A stretch of DNA of 64,000 bases from contig JAACAK010000067.1 in NCBI GenBank assembly GCA_011774835.1, positions 24,169-88,168 on the forward strand. Direction: 5' to 3'. The position numbers and the translations under genes were made by a program. This document shows, piece after piece, positions 9,197 to 21,592 of the stretch (position 1 is its first letter; every line of letters begins with the position of its first letter). The stretch comes from Candidatus Kutchimonas denitrificans. Lineage in GTDB: Bacteria > Gemmatimonadota > Gemmatimonadetes > Palauibacterales > KS3-K002. Under the pieces are notes generated by a model that saw only the letters and a program-made list of their open reading frames with translations, did not search any database and had not been told where the DNA came from.

Positions 9197-10486
9197 ATGG
9201 CCTACCCTCACGCGCATCCGCGCGAGGTCCGGCTCCTATCGAAGTACTTCGGTGACGAGGACGCGATCGGCATCGAAGGGTGGGCCGAGCGCGGTGGCTA
9301 CGTGGCGCTCGAGAAGGCTCTCGAGATGGGGCCCGACGAGGTCACCGAGGTGGTCAAGGAGTCCGGGCTGCGTGGCCGGGGCGGGGCGGGGTTCCCCGCC
9401 GGCCTGAAGTGGAGCTTCATGCCCAAGGACGGCAAGCGTCCGAACTACCTCGCCTGCAACGCCGACGAGAGCGAGCCCGGCACCTTCAAGGATCGGGAGA
9501 TCATGCGCTGGACGCCGCACCAGATGATCGAAGGGATCATCATCTGCAGCTACGCCATCCGGGCGCAGCACGCCTACATCTATATCCGCGGCGAGATGGT
9601 CGACGTGGTGCGCGTGGTCAACGACGCGGTCGTCGAGGCCTATCGCAAGGGCTATCTGGGCGAGAACATCCTGGGCTCGGGCTACGACCTGGAGCTCACC
9701 GTCCACCTCGGCGCGGGCGCCTATATCGCCGGCGAGGAGACAGGTCTCCTGAGCTCGCTGGAGGGACGTCGCGCCGAGCCCAAAGTCAAGCCGCCGTTCC
9801 CGGCGCAGCGGGGCGCGTTCGGGATGCCGACCACGGTGAACAACGTGGAGACGCTGGCGGCGGTGCCGCACATCGTGGAGAACGGCGCCGATTGGTACCG
9901 CCAGTGGGGCACCGAGAAGAGCCCCGGCACGAAGCTCTTTTCGTGCTGCGGTCACCTGCAGCGTCCCGGCAACTACGAGGTTTCCCTCGACTTCAATCTG
10001 AAGGAGCTGGTCTACGATCTGTGTGGCGGGCCACCGGAAGGGCGGCAGCTGCGGGCGGTCATCCCCGGCGGCTCCTCGGTGCCCCTGATGACGGTCGACG
10101 AGATCGACTGCGACGTGAGCTACGAGGGGATCGAGGCGGCCGGCTCGCTGCAGGGCTCGGGCGGGCTCATCGCGATCGATGACTCCGCCTGCTTGCTGCG
10201 ATCGATCCGCAAGATGGTCGATTTCTACGCCCACGAGTCGTGCGGCCAGTGCACGAACTGTCGCGAGGGGACCGTCTGGCTGGCGAACATCCTGCGGCGC
10301 ATCGAGCGGGGCGATGGCCGGGAGGAGGACCTGCCGCTACTGCTCGACGTCGGCGCCAACATGGCGGGGCGGACCATCTGCCCGCTGTCGGACAGCGCGG
10401 CGGTCCCGGTGGTCAGCGGCATCCAGAAGTTCGAGGAGGAGTTCGTGGCACATATCAAGGACGGAACGTGCACGGCGGTGCGCTGA
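9197..10486 (+). CDS. nuoF: NADH-quinone oxidoreductase subunit F (FMN/NADH-binding, 51-kDa subunit)
   Basis: GLRGRGGAGFP FMN motif and ESCGQCTNCREG [4Fe-4S] N3 motif. Confidence 0.9.
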   Translation: MAYPHAHPREVRLLSKYFGDEDAIGIEGWAERGGYVALEKALEMGPDEVTEVVKESGLRGRGGAGFPAGLKWSFMPKDGKRPNYLACNADESEPGTFKDREIMRWTPHQMIEGIIICSYAIRAQHAYIYIRGEMVDVVRVVNDAVVEAYRKGYLGENILGSGYDLELTVHLGAGAYIAGEETGLLSSLEGRRAEPKVKPPFPAQRGAFGMPTTVNNVETLAAVPHIVENGADWYRQWGTEKSPGTKLFSCCGHLQRPGNYEVSLDFNLKELVYDLCGGPPEGRQLRAVIPGGSSVPLMTVDEIDCDVSYEGIEAAGSLQGSGGLIAIDDSACLLRSIRKMVDFYAHESCGQCTNCREGTVWLANILRRIERGDGREEDLPLLLDVGANMAGRTICPLSDSAAVPVVSGIQKFEEEFVAHIKDGTCTAVR

Positions 10487-10511
10487 GGCGGCCGCCGCAT
10501 GACCGGGAAGA

Positions 10512-12104
10512 TTGTCGCGCATGAACGATGAGAAGAAACTGCTGAACGTCACGATAGACGGGGTCGAGCTCGAGGTCCCGGCGGGGACGACGATCCTCGC
10601 CGCGGCCGAACGGGTCGGTGCCGTGATCCCGCGCTACTGCTATCACCCGGGGCTCAGCGCGCCGGCGGTCTGCCGTATGTGTCTGGTCGAGGTCGAGGGC
10701 GCGCCCAAGCCGCTGGCCTCCTGCGTCCAGCCGGTACAGGACGACATGGTCGTGCACACCAACACGGCGCAGGCGCGCAAGGCGCGACGCGCCGCGGTGG
10801 AGTTCCTGCTGATGAACCACCCGCTCGACTGCCCGATCTGTGACGCGGCCGGCCAGTGCGAGCTGCAGGACTACGCGTTCGAGACGGGGCAGCTGAAGAC
10901 GCGCTACGTCGAGCCGAAGCTGGTGATGGGGCGCGACAAGGTCACGCCGGAGATCGTCTACTTCGCCGATCGCTGCATCCTCTGCACGCGCTGTGTCCGC
11001 TTCATGGACGAGATCGCCAAGGATCCGGTCCTGGTGGTGATCAACCGCGGGCAGCGGGGCTACATCGACACGATGACGGGCGAGCTGTTCGAGAACCCGT
11101 TCTCGATCAATATCGTCGACGTGTGCCCGGTGGGCGCGCTGGTGAACGAGGACTTCCTGTTCAAGGCGCGGGCCTGGGACCTGGACCAGACGGCGAGCAT
11201 CTGCCCGGGCTGCTCGCAGGGGTGCAACGTGTCGCTGGGGACCAAGGAGGAACGGATCGTCCGGGCCAAGCCGCGGTTCAACCCGGAGGTCAACTCGTAC
11301 TGGATGTGCGATCACGGGCGCAAGACGGTGATCAACTGGGGCGCCGGCGCGCGGATCGAGGTGCCCATGGCCCGCGACGGCGACGAGCTGAAGCCGGTCG
11401 ATTGGCCGCAGGCGCTGGACGCGCTGAGCGAGGCGATCGGGAATGAGCCGGGGAGGGCCCGGGCGATCGTGAGCGCCGGGGCTTCGAACGAGAGCCTGTT
11501 CACGCTGCGGCGTCTGATGGAGGAGCTCGGGTCGGACGGCGGTGTCTTCCGAGTCCCCACTGGCCCGGAGGCGGAGCTGCCCGGCTTCCCGAAGCTGAAG
11601 TTGCGCCGCGATCGGGTGCCCAACGCGAAGGGCGCCGAGCTCCTCGGCTTTCAGCGCTCGGACGCGGTCTTCGATTCGGCCCAGGGGCACCGGGGAGCTC
11701 TGTTCGTACTGGAGGACACGCTCGAGGGCGCGCCGGATGGATTCGGCACGAACGCGGAGCTCTTCGTCTACATCGGGACCCGCTTGAACCCGGCTGCCCG
11801 TTCGGCGGACATTGTCTTGCCGTCCACGACCTTCGCGGAGATGGCGGGCACCTTCACCAACTTCGAGGGGCGCGTCCAGCGCTTCGAGCAGGCGCTTCGA
11901 GGGCCGGGTCTGGCCCGACCCTGGTGGCTCACCGGGTCGGCGCTCCTCGAGCGTCTGGGGGCCGGCGGCCGCTACCGGACGGCGGCCGAGGTGTTCGCTG
12001 CTCTGGCGTCGGAGGTGAGCGAGTACGAGGGCCTGAATTACGAGGTGCTGGGTCTGAAGGGCGCCGGCGCGCCGGGATCGAGCGCCGCCGCCACCGCGGG
12101 CTGA
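10512..12104 (+). CDS. nuoG: NADH-quinone oxidoreductase subunit G, short form (N-terminal Fe-S domains only)
   Basis: N-terminal 2Fe-2S ferredoxin-like domain, HPLDCPICDAAGQCELQ and CILCTRCVRF 4Fe-4S motifs. Only 530 aa, so most of the molybdopterin-oxidoreductase-like C-terminal domain is absent. Confidence 0.85.
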   Translation: MSRMNDEKKLLNVTIDGVELEVPAGTTILAAAERVGAVIPRYCYHPGLSAPAVCRMCLVEVEGAPKPLASCVQPVQDDMVVHTNTAQARKARRAAVEFLLMNHPLDCPICDAAGQCELQDYAFETGQLKTRYVEPKLVMGRDKVTPEIVYFADRCILCTRCVRFMDEIAKDPVLVVINRGQRGYIDTMTGELFENPFSINIVDVCPVGALVNEDFLFKARAWDLDQTASICPGCSQGCNVSLGTKEERIVRAKPRFNPEVNSYWMCDHGRKTVINWGAGARIEVPMARDGDELKPVDWPQALDALSEAIGNEPGRARAIVSAGASNESLFTLRRLMEELGSDGGVFRVPTGPEAELPGFPKLKLRRDRVPNAKGAELLGFQRSDAVFDSAQGHRGALFVLEDTLEGAPDGFGTNAELFVYIGTRLNPAARSADIVLPSTTFAEMAGTFTNFEGRVQRFEQALRGPGLARPWWLTGSALLERLGAGGRYRTAAEVFAALASEVSEYEGLNYEVLGLKGAGAPGSSAAATAG

Positions 12105-12120
12105 GAAACGAGGCGATAGA

Positions 12121-13383
12121 ATGGGCCCACTCTCTACCAAAGCGTTCTTGATCATCGGCGCGGCGAAGATGCTGATGATCTTCGTCGGCTGGCTGACCGC
12201 GGTGGCGGGCGTGACGCTGGCCGAGCGGAAGATCGCCGCCTGGATACAGGACCGGAGCGGACCGAACCGGGTCGGCCCGTGGGGCCTGTTCCAGCCGATC
12301 GCCGACGGGCTCAAGAACTTCCTGAAGGAAGAGGTCCGCCCGGCCGGCTCGTCGCGCTGGGTCTTCTACCTGGCGCCGGTCATCTCGATGTTCCCGGCCA
12401 TGGTCGTGTTCGCCGTGATCCCCATCGCCGCGCCGCTGCCGACCCGCTGGGGGACCGTGAACATGATCGTGGCCGATCTGCCCATCGGGATCCTCTACAT
12501 ACTGGCCATCGCGTCGCTGGGCGTTTACGGCCTGGTGCTCGGCGGCTGGTCGTCCAACAGCAAGTACTCGTTCCTGGGCGGCGTGCGGGCTTCGGCCCAG
12601 ATGATCAGCTACGAGGTCGCCCTGGGCCTGAGCCTGGTGCCGATCCTGATGGTCGCGGGCAACGTCACGCTGCCGCAGCTGGTGAGCCAGCAGCAGGACG
12701 CGCTCTGGTACATCCTGCCGCTCATGGTGGGGTACCTGTTCCTGACCGCGTCGTACTTCGCCGAGACGAACCGGCTGCCGTTCGACATGCCGGAGGCGGA
12801 GTCCGAGCTGGTCGCCGGCTTCCACACCGAGTACTCGGCGATGAAGTTCGCCATGTTCATGCTGGCCGAGTACGCCAACATGGTCACCGCTGCGGCGCTC
12901 ATGGCCACGCTGTTCTTCGGCGGCTGGGACATCCCGTTCTGGTCGGGCGACAACATGACCCTGGCGGCCGACGGCTCGGTCGCCGGCGCGGCGCCGGCCT
13001 GGTGGAAGACGACCCTGACCGGCCTCTGCTTCGCCGCGAAGACCGGGTTCTTCATCCTGGTCTTCATCTGGGTGCGCTGGACCGTTCCGCGCTTCCGTTA
13101 CGACCAGGTCATGTCGCTGGGCTGGAAAGTTCTGATCCCGATGGAGGTCGTGTACGTCGCGCTGCTGGGCGGGGCGATGCTGTATCTCGATTACCTGGGG
13201 ATCCCATTCGGCACCCGGTACGCCCTCTATCTGACGGCGCTCAACGTGGTCCTGATGCTGGTCATCGTGTTCGTGGTGGACCGGAATCGTATCATCCTGG
13301 GTGCCGGCTGGAGACAGACGAGACCGCAACGAGTGAAATCGGAGTGGATAGAATATGCCGATAGGCGTCAAGACAGTCGATAG
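12121..13383 (+). CDS. nuoH: NADH-quinone oxidoreductase subunit H
   Basis: Multi-TM ND1 family (…ERKIAAWIQDRSGPNRVGPWGLFQPIADGLK…), with a ~60-aa C-terminal extension. Confidence 0.9.
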   Translation: MGPLSTKAFLIIGAAKMLMIFVGWLTAVAGVTLAERKIAAWIQDRSGPNRVGPWGLFQPIADGLKNFLKEEVRPAGSSRWVFYLAPVISMFPAMVVFAVIPIAAPLPTRWGTVNMIVADLPIGILYILAIASLGVYGLVLGGWSSNSKYSFLGGVRASAQMISYEVALGLSLVPILMVAGNVTLPQLVSQQQDALWYILPLMVGYLFLTASYFAETNRLPFDMPEAESELVAGFHTEYSAMKFAMFMLAEYANMVTAAALMATLFFGGWDIPFWSGDNMTLAADGSVAGAAPAWWKTTLTGLCFAAKTGFFILVFIWVRWTVPRFRYDQVMSLGWKVLIPMEVVYVALLGGAMLYLDYLGIPFGTRYALYLTALNVVLMLVIVFVVDRNRIILGAGWRQTRPQRVKSEWIEYADRRQDSR

Positions 13384-13852
13384 ACCGGAAGTCGAATCTT
13401 CGTACCTGCGGGCCACGCTCAAGGGGATGGCTCTGACCTTCAAACACCTGGTCCGGCCGGTGACCGCCTCCCAGCAGTATCCCGAGGAGAAATACGAGGT
13501 CTCCCCCCGTTGGCGCGGAACCCATCGGATGGCGGTCCACGTGGACGGGCGCGCGAAGTGCGTCGCCTGCGGCCTCTGCCCGACGGTCTGCCCGGCGAAC
13601 TGCATCAAGCTGATCCCGGCCGAGGACGAGAACGGCGAGCGGTACGCGGCGGTCTACGAGATCGACGAGTTCCGCTGCATCTTCTGCGGCTACTGCCAGG
13701 AGGTGTGCCCGGTCGAGGCGATACACGTCGGAGTTCACTACGAGAACGCCGAATACAGCCGCGAGCGGTTCGTCTACGACCTCGAGCGGCTTTGTGCCCA
13801 GAAGCACCCCTTCACCCAACTCTGGGATCCGGAGGACCCGGCTTCCGAATAG
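13355..13852 (+). CDS. nuoI: NADH-quinone oxidoreductase subunit I (2×[4Fe-4S])
   Basis: Two CxxCxxCxxxCP ferredoxin motifs (CVACGLCPTVCP; CIFCGYCQEVCP). Start overlaps the nuoH 3' end. Confidence 0.88.
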   Translation: MPIGVKTVDRPEVESSYLRATLKGMALTFKHLVRPVTASQQYPEEKYEVSPRWRGTHRMAVHVDGRAKCVACGLCPTVCPANCIKLIPAEDENGERYAAVYEIDEFRCIFCGYCQEVCPVEAIHVGVHYENAEYSRERFVYDLERLCAQKHPFTQLWDPEDPASE

Positions 13853-13892
13853 CGAGCGTGAGCCCTAGGGAGACCGCAGAGACAGAGGGGAA

Positions 13893-14405
13893 ATGGACTT
13901 TACTCAGCTGATCTTTTATGTGGCCGCCGGCCTGGCCGTGGTCAGCAGCCTTCTGATGATCACGCGCAAGAATCCGGTCTTCAGCGCCATGTTCCTGATC
14001 GTCGCACTCTTCTCGATCGCCACGATCTTCGTGCTGCTGGGAGCCCACTTCCTGGCCGCGCTGCAGGTGATCGTCTACGCCGGCGCGATCATGGTGCTGT
14101 TCCTGTTCGTCATCATGCTGCTCAACCTGGGTCATGATTTCGAGCCCGACATACGCGGGCGTCTGGGATGGGCGTTCATGGGCGGTCTCGGCCTGGTCCT
14201 GTTCGCCGAGATCCTGACCGCGGTGCAGGGCGCCCCCGGGGATGCGGGGGGTGACGTGTTGACGCCCTGGTTCGAGGCCAAGGGCGTGGTCGCCGGCGTG
14301 GCGGAGCCGCTGTTCCGCGACTACGCGGTGGCGGTCGAGATCACCGGCGTGCTCCTGTTGGTGGCGATGGTCGGTGCCGTGGTCATCGCCAGGAGGGAGG
14401 CCTGA
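13893..14405 (+). CDS. nuoJ: NADH-quinone oxidoreductase subunit J
   Basis: 170-aa hydrophobic ND6-like protein, positioned between nuoI and nuoK. Confidence 0.85.
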   Translation: MDFTQLIFYVAAGLAVVSSLLMITRKNPVFSAMFLIVALFSIATIFVLLGAHFLAALQVIVYAGAIMVLFLFVIMLLNLGHDFEPDIRGRLGWAFMGGLGLVLFAEILTAVQGAPGDAGGDVLTPWFEAKGVVAGVAEPLFRDYAVAVEITGVLLLVAMVGAVVIARREA

Positions 14406-14409
14406 CGAC

Positions 14410-14696
14410 ATGGTCACCGAAGCCCTGATCCTCAGCGGCCTGTTGTTCACGATCGGTGCGGCCGGCGTGCTGATCCGCCGCAACGCGATCGTCATGTTCA
14501 TGTGCATCGAGCTCATGCTCAACGCCGTGAACCTCTCGTTCATCGCCATCTCCCGACAGGTGGGAGTTTCGGCGCAGCTGTTCGTGATCTTCGTCATGAC
14601 CGTGGCGGCGGCCGAAGCGGCGGTCGGGCTGGCCATCATCATCTCGATCTTCCGTCATTACAGCTCGGTTGACGTCAGGAACTTCAGGTTACTGAG

Positions 14697-14703
<7 letters not shown>
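14410..14703 (+). CDS. nuoK: NADH-quinone oxidoreductase subunit K
   Basis: ~98-aa three-TM ND4L-like protein (…[18 protein letters not shown]…). ATG at 14410 chosen over the 14374 start, which overlaps nuoJ. Confidence 0.88.
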
Positions 14704-16772
<2,069 letters not shown>

Positions 16773-16788
16773 GGACTGGTTCGGGAAG

Positions 16789-18363
16789 ATGTCCTTTCTA
16801 AATGACCTGTACAGCGGGCCCTGGATCGTAACGTTCCTGGTCTTCTTCCCCGGGATCGCCGGCCTCGCCTGCCTGTTCATCCCCCGCGGGTGGCTGAAGC
16901 GGTTCGCTTTTAGCGCGGGGTTGATCGAGTTCCTGGTCTCGCTGCCGATGTTCTGGACGTTCGGGATCGGCCGGATCGAATACCAGAACTACGTCTCGAT
17001 CCCCTGGATTCCCGATTGGGGCATCTCCTACGCCATCGGGGTCGATGGGATCTCCATTCTGCTGTTCCTGCTGACGACGTTCCTGCTGCCGATCTCGGTG
17101 CTGGTCTCGTGGGAACAGATCGACAAGCGCGAGCGGGCCTACTACGCGATGCTGTTGGTTCTGGTCACCGGGATCCTCGGCGTCTTCGTCGCGCTCGACC
17201 TGTTCCTCTTCTACGTGTTCTGGGAGGTCATGCTGGTCCCGATGTACTTCCTGATCGGGGTCTGGGGGCACGAGCGGCGGATCTACGCCGCGGTGAAGTT
17301 CTTCCTGTTCACGGCCTTCGGGTCGCTGCTCATGCTGGTCGCGATCCTGGTCCTGTTCTGGCTGCACCTCGATCAGTTCGGGGTGGCCAGCATGGCCTAC
17401 CCCGCGATGTTGCGGCTCGACATACCGGGCGGCCTCGAGTTCTGGTTGTTCGTGGCCTTCGCGTTGGCGTTCGCGATCAAGGTGCCGATGTTCCCGTTCC
17501 ACACCTGGCTGCCCGACGCGCACGTCGAGGCGCCGACGGCCGGCTCGGTCATCCTGGCGGCGGTCCTGCTGAAGATGGGCGTCTACGGGTTCCTGCGGTT
17601 CGCGATCCCGCTGTTTCCCAACGCGGCGCTCGACCCACGGGTCGTGATGACGATGCTGGTTCTGGGCTTGATCGGAATCACATACGCGGCGTGGGTGGCG
17701 GCCATGCAGCCTAACTTGAAAAAGTTGATCGCGTACACCTCGGTCGCCCACCTCGGTTTCGTGATGGTGGGCACCTTCGCGTTCACCGGGACGTCGGTCG
17801 CCGGCGGCGTGCTCCAGATGGTGAACCACGGCGTCTCGACCGGTGCCCTGTTCATCCTGGCCGGCTTCCTCTACCAGCGGCGGCACACTTACGAGATCGC
17901 GCAGTACGGAGGGCTGGCGAAGGTGATCCCGGTCTTCTGTTTCGCGCTGGTCCTGACGGCGCTGGCGTCCATCGGGTTGCCTGGGCTGAACGGATTCGTC
18001 GGCGAGTTCCTGATCCTGGTTGGCAGCTTCCTCAGATACCCGTGGGTCACCCTGGTGGCGGCGACGGGAGTGATCTTCGCCGCCTATTACATGTTGCCGA
18101 TGATCCGGCGCGTCGTTTGGAACGATCTAACGGTCGAAGAGAACCGCAGTCTGATCGACCTGTCACGGCTCGAGCTGGCGATCATCGTGCCGCTCCTGCT
18201 CATGATGGTGCTGATGGGGGTCTACCCGAAGCCGTTCATCGACCGGGTCGCGGCGTCGGCCAACTGGTTGAGCGAGCGTGTCGAGTTGACGATTCAGGCT
18301 GACACCGCCGATGACGCGCTCGCCGCCGCGGAGGTGCTGGAGAGGTCACCGCGAACCCCATGA
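16789..18363 (+). CDS. nuoM: NADH-quinone oxidoreductase subunit M
   Basis: 524-aa ND4-like antiporter-type subunit. Confidence 0.9.
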   Translation: MSFLNDLYSGPWIVTFLVFFPGIAGLACLFIPRGWLKRFAFSAGLIEFLVSLPMFWTFGIGRIEYQNYVSIPWIPDWGISYAIGVDGISILLFLLTTFLLPISVLVSWEQIDKRERAYYAMLLVLVTGILGVFVALDLFLFYVFWEVMLVPMYFLIGVWGHERRIYAAVKFFLFTAFGSLLMLVAILVLFWLHLDQFGVASMAYPAMLRLDIPGGLEFWLFVAFALAFAIKVPMFPFHTWLPDAHVEAPTAGSVILAAVLLKMGVYGFLRFAIPLFPNAALDPRVVMTMLVLGLIGITYAAWVAAMQPNLKKLIAYTSVAHLGFVMVGTFAFTGTSVAGGVLQMVNHGVSTGALFILAGFLYQRRHTYEIAQYGGLAKVIPVFCFALVLTALASIGLPGLNGFVGEFLILVGSFLRYPWVTLVAATGVIFAAYYMLPMIRRVVWNDLTVEENRSLIDLSRLELAIIVPLLLMMVLMGVYPKPFIDRVAASANWLSERVELTIQADTADDALAAAEVLERSPRTP

Positions 18364-19877
18364 ATACCGCGATGCACTTAGAGTTCACGAGTCAACTCGA
18401 TTACCTGTGGGCGCTGATGCCGGAAGCGGTTCTGGCGACCGGGGCGCTCATCCTGCTGCTGTATGACGGCTTCTTCGGCGGCGATTCGTCGGACAACCGG
18501 GCGGTGGGCTGGGGGAGCATGGTGATCATAGCGCTGGCCGCCGTGGCCAACGTGTGGCTGATGGGTGTGGAGGAAGTCGGCGACACCGGGATGGTCGCGC
18601 TCGATGGGTTCCGGACGTTCACGAACTTCATCTTCCTCGCCGCGGGGGCGCTGATCGTCCTGATCAGCTTCGACTACAACCGGCGCGAGGATATCAAGGA
18701 CGCCGAGTACTACGCTCTGCTGCTCTTCGCCCTGGTCGGCATGATGATCCTGGCAGGAAGCCGTGACCTGATCCTGATCTTCCTCGGGTTCGAGCTGATG
18801 TCGCTGGCCGTGTATGTGCTGGTGGGGTTCAACCGCAAAGATCCGAGGTCGTCGGAGGCATCGCTGAAGTACTTCCTGCTGGGCGCCTTCGCCAGCGCCT
18901 TCCTGCTCTACGGCATGGCGCTGCTGGTGGGCAGCGCCGGCACGACGAACATCGGGCTCATGGGGGTCATGCTGAACGCGGAGTCGGCGGAGTTGCTGAC
19001 GGTGATGGCGTTAGCGCTGCTGGCGATCGGCTTCGGGTTCAAGGTCTCGGCCGTCCCGTTCCACGTCTGGACCCCGGACGCCTACGAGGGCGCACCGACG
19101 CCGGTGACGGCCTTCCTGGGCGCCGCCATCAAGGGCGCCGCGTTCGCCGCGTTCATACGCATCTTCGTCCTCGGACTGGGTGACTTCCATGCCCAGTGGG
19201 AAGCGATCATCTGGTGGTTCGCGGCCTTGACGATGATCGTTCCGAACCTGATCGCGCTGGTCCAGAACAACATCAAGCGCCTGCTCGCCTACAGCTCGAT
19301 CGCCCACGCGGGTTATCTGCTGGTCGCGCTGATCGCCGCCAACACTTCGGGGATGGCGTCGTTCCTGTTCTATCTCATCGCATACACGGCGATGATCGTG
19401 GGCGCCTTCGCGATCGTGCTGGTGTTGGCGGGGAGGGGCGACCGTTATCAGCAGCTGTCCGACTACGACGGGCTCGGCTGGAGCCGGCCATGGGCCGCGG
19501 CGCTGCTGGCTCTGTTCCTCGTTTCGCTTGCCGGGTTGCCGCCGACGGCGGGGTTCGTGGGCAAGTTCTACATCTTGAGAGCGGCCGTCGAGGCCGGCTA
19601 CCTGAATCTGGCGATCCTGCTGGTGCTGACCACACTCGTATCGTACTGGTACTATCTGCGAGTGATCGTCAACATGTACATGAAGCCGTCGGCAGAGGCG
19701 CGTGAAGGCGTGGCCTGGGCGGCCTCGCTCCGGACCGTGCTCGCCGTTTGCGCGATCATCACCGTTCTGATGGGGATTTTCCCGTCCTGGCCACTGCTCA
19801 AGGCACGGCAAAGCGTGGCCGGACTGCGGCAGGCCACCGAGCAGGTCGTCGAGACCGACCCTCTGACGCGACGGTAG
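18360..19877 (+). CDS. nuoN: NADH-quinone oxidoreductase subunit N
   Basis: 505-aa ND2-like subunit. ATGA overlap with nuoM. Confidence 0.9.
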   Translation: MNTAMHLEFTSQLDYLWALMPEAVLATGALILLLYDGFFGGDSSDNRAVGWGSMVIIALAAVANVWLMGVEEVGDTGMVALDGFRTFTNFIFLAAGALIVLISFDYNRREDIKDAEYYALLLFALVGMMILAGSRDLILIFLGFELMSLAVYVLVGFNRKDPRSSEASLKYFLLGAFASAFLLYGMALLVGSAGTTNIGLMGVMLNAESAELLTVMALALLAIGFGFKVSAVPFHVWTPDAYEGAPTPVTAFLGAAIKGAAFAAFIRIFVLGLGDFHAQWEAIIWWFAALTMIVPNLIALVQNNIKRLLAYSSIAHAGYLLVALIAANTSGMASFLFYLIAYTAMIVGAFAIVLVLAGRGDRYQQLSDYDGLGWSRPWAAALLALFLVSLAGLPPTAGFVGKFYILRAAVEAGYLNLAILLVLTTLVSYWYYLRVIVNMYMKPSAEAREGVAWAASLRTVLAVCAIITVLMGIFPSWPLLKARQSVAGLRQATEQVVETDPLTRR

Positions 19878-19930
19878 CGAACTTTCCGAACAGGAGGACG
19901 TGAGCGTCCCGCATGGGCGGAGGGTGAATT

Positions 19931-21301
19931 ATGTCGAGCGTCGGGCACCACATATTTCGCGAGTACGACGTCAGGGGCGTCGTTGACGAGGATCTGACAG
20001 CGGAGCTGGCGGAGCGGCTGGGGCGGGCCTACGGCAGCGAGGTCCGCGATATGCTGGGGACCGGAGCTCCGCACGTTGCCCTCGGCTACGATAACCGACT
20101 CAGTTCGGAGGACCTGGCGGAGGCGTTCGCGTCCGGCCTGAGCGCCAGCGGCGCCCGGGTGTCCGCCGTGGGTTGCGTGCCGACGCCCGCCCTCTACTTC
20201 GCCGTTCACCATCTGGGGTGCGAGGCGGGGATCCAGGTCACCGGCTCGCACAACCCGCCCGAGTATAACGGTTTCAAGATGCTGACCTCCCGCGGGCCGT
20301 TCTACGGACCGGCGATACAGCGGCTCAGGGAGAGGATCGAAGGGGAGAACTTCGCGAGGGGCGAAGGGGGAGTCGAGACCGTCCCGATCCTGAGCCAGTA
20401 CGTTGATGACGTGGCCGGCCGCTTCGAGCTGGCCCGGCCGGTAGACGTGGTGATCGACTGCGGAAACGGCACCGGCAGCTTGGTCGCGACCCAACTGCTG
20501 GAGCGTATCGGGGCGAGGGTCGATGCCCTGTACTGCGACTCGGACGGTACGTTCCCCAACCACCATCCGGACCCCACGGTCGACGAGAACCTGGCGGACC
20601 TGATCGACCGTGTGCAGACATCTGAGGCCGCGCTGGGGATCGCGCTGGACGGGGACGCGGATCGGATCGGCGCCGTGGACGAGAGGGGCGCGATCGTACG
20701 AGGTGACTATCTGCTGTTGGTCTACGCGCTGGACGCGTTGAAGGGCGCGCCGGGCGCACAGGTCATCTTCGATGTGAAGTGCTCGCAAGTGCTCGCGGAC
20801 AGCATAACGGAAGCGGGTGGGCGCCCGATCATGTGGAAGACCGGACACTCGTTGATCAAGGAGAAGATGCGCGAGAGCGGGGCTCGCATCGCCGGTGAGA
20901 TGAGCGGGCACATGTTCTTCGCCGACGACTACTACGGCTACGATGACGCGCTGTACTCGGCCTGTCGACTGGTGGATATCGTCGCCCGCGCGGACGATGG
21001 CCTCTCCAGCCTGCTCAGCGAGATCCCGACCCTCGCTTCCACGCCCGAGATCCGCGTCGAATGCGATGAAGACCAGAAGTTCGAGATCGTTGCCCGAGCC
21101 GTCGAGTACTTCAAGCGCCGGTACGATGTCATCGACGTCGACGGCGCGCGAATCGAGATGGAAGGCGGCTGGGCCCTGATTCGGTCGAGCAACACGCAGC
21201 CGATCATCGTGCTCCGATTCGAGGCCGAGAACGAGGAGCGGCTGGCGGAGATCCGGCAGGAGGTCGCGGACTGGCTGGCCGACCAGGGTGTGGAAATCTG
21301 A
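19931..21301 (+). CDS. Phosphomannomutase/phosphoglucomutase (α-D-phosphohexomutase family)
   Basis: Active-site Ser loop TGSHNP, metal-binding loop DGDADR, and sugar-binding loop …GEMSGH…. Confidence 0.88.
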   Translation: MSSVGHHIFREYDVRGVVDEDLTAELAERLGRAYGSEVRDMLGTGAPHVALGYDNRLSSEDLAEAFASGLSASGARVSAVGCVPTPALYFAVHHLGCEAGIQVTGSHNPPEYNGFKMLTSRGPFYGPAIQRLRERIEGENFARGEGGVETVPILSQYVDDVAGRFELARPVDVVIDCGNGTGSLVATQLLERIGARVDALYCDSDGTFPNHHPDPTVDENLADLIDRVQTSEAALGIALDGDADRIGAVDERGAIVRGDYLLLVYALDALKGAPGAQVIFDVKCSQVLADSITEAGGRPIMWKTGHSLIKEKMRESGARIAGEMSGHMFFADDYYGYDDALYSACRLVDIVARADDGLSSLLSEIPTLASTPEIRVECDEDQKFEIVARAVEYFKRRYDVIDVDGARIEMEGGWALIRSSNTQPIIVLRFEAENEERLAEIRQEVADWLADQGVEI

Positions 21302-21341
21302 CGAGAAGCGCCGTGGCCCCCGGGGTTGCCAGAATACACAC

Positions 21342-21368
21342 AACGGGACAGGGCCGCCTGTCCCGTTC
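21342..21368 (+). terminator. Stem-loop (11-bp perfect stem, weak U tail) downstream of the nuo–phosphohexomutase unit
   Basis: AACGGGACAGG-gccg-CCTGTCCCGTT, 40 nt after the stop. Only 'TT' follows, so it may be factor-dependent or purely structural. Confidence 0.55.
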
Positions 21369-21592
21369 CGGTTGCGACCGCGGCCGCGGTCCGGGTATCA
21401 TAGCCCACGCTCCAGCCGTCATCGCGTTCAGGGAACGGCCCATCGAGGCACGCCTTCTGCATGGGATCAAATGGTCCCTTTGCGATAGGGAGCCGATGAG
21501 GATCAGGGCGCTGGCCAGCTGAACGGCGCGGGAGAGAGCTCGCGTCCGGGCCGTCGCGCCCGATCAACCATAGAGACAAGGGCGAAAGCGAT

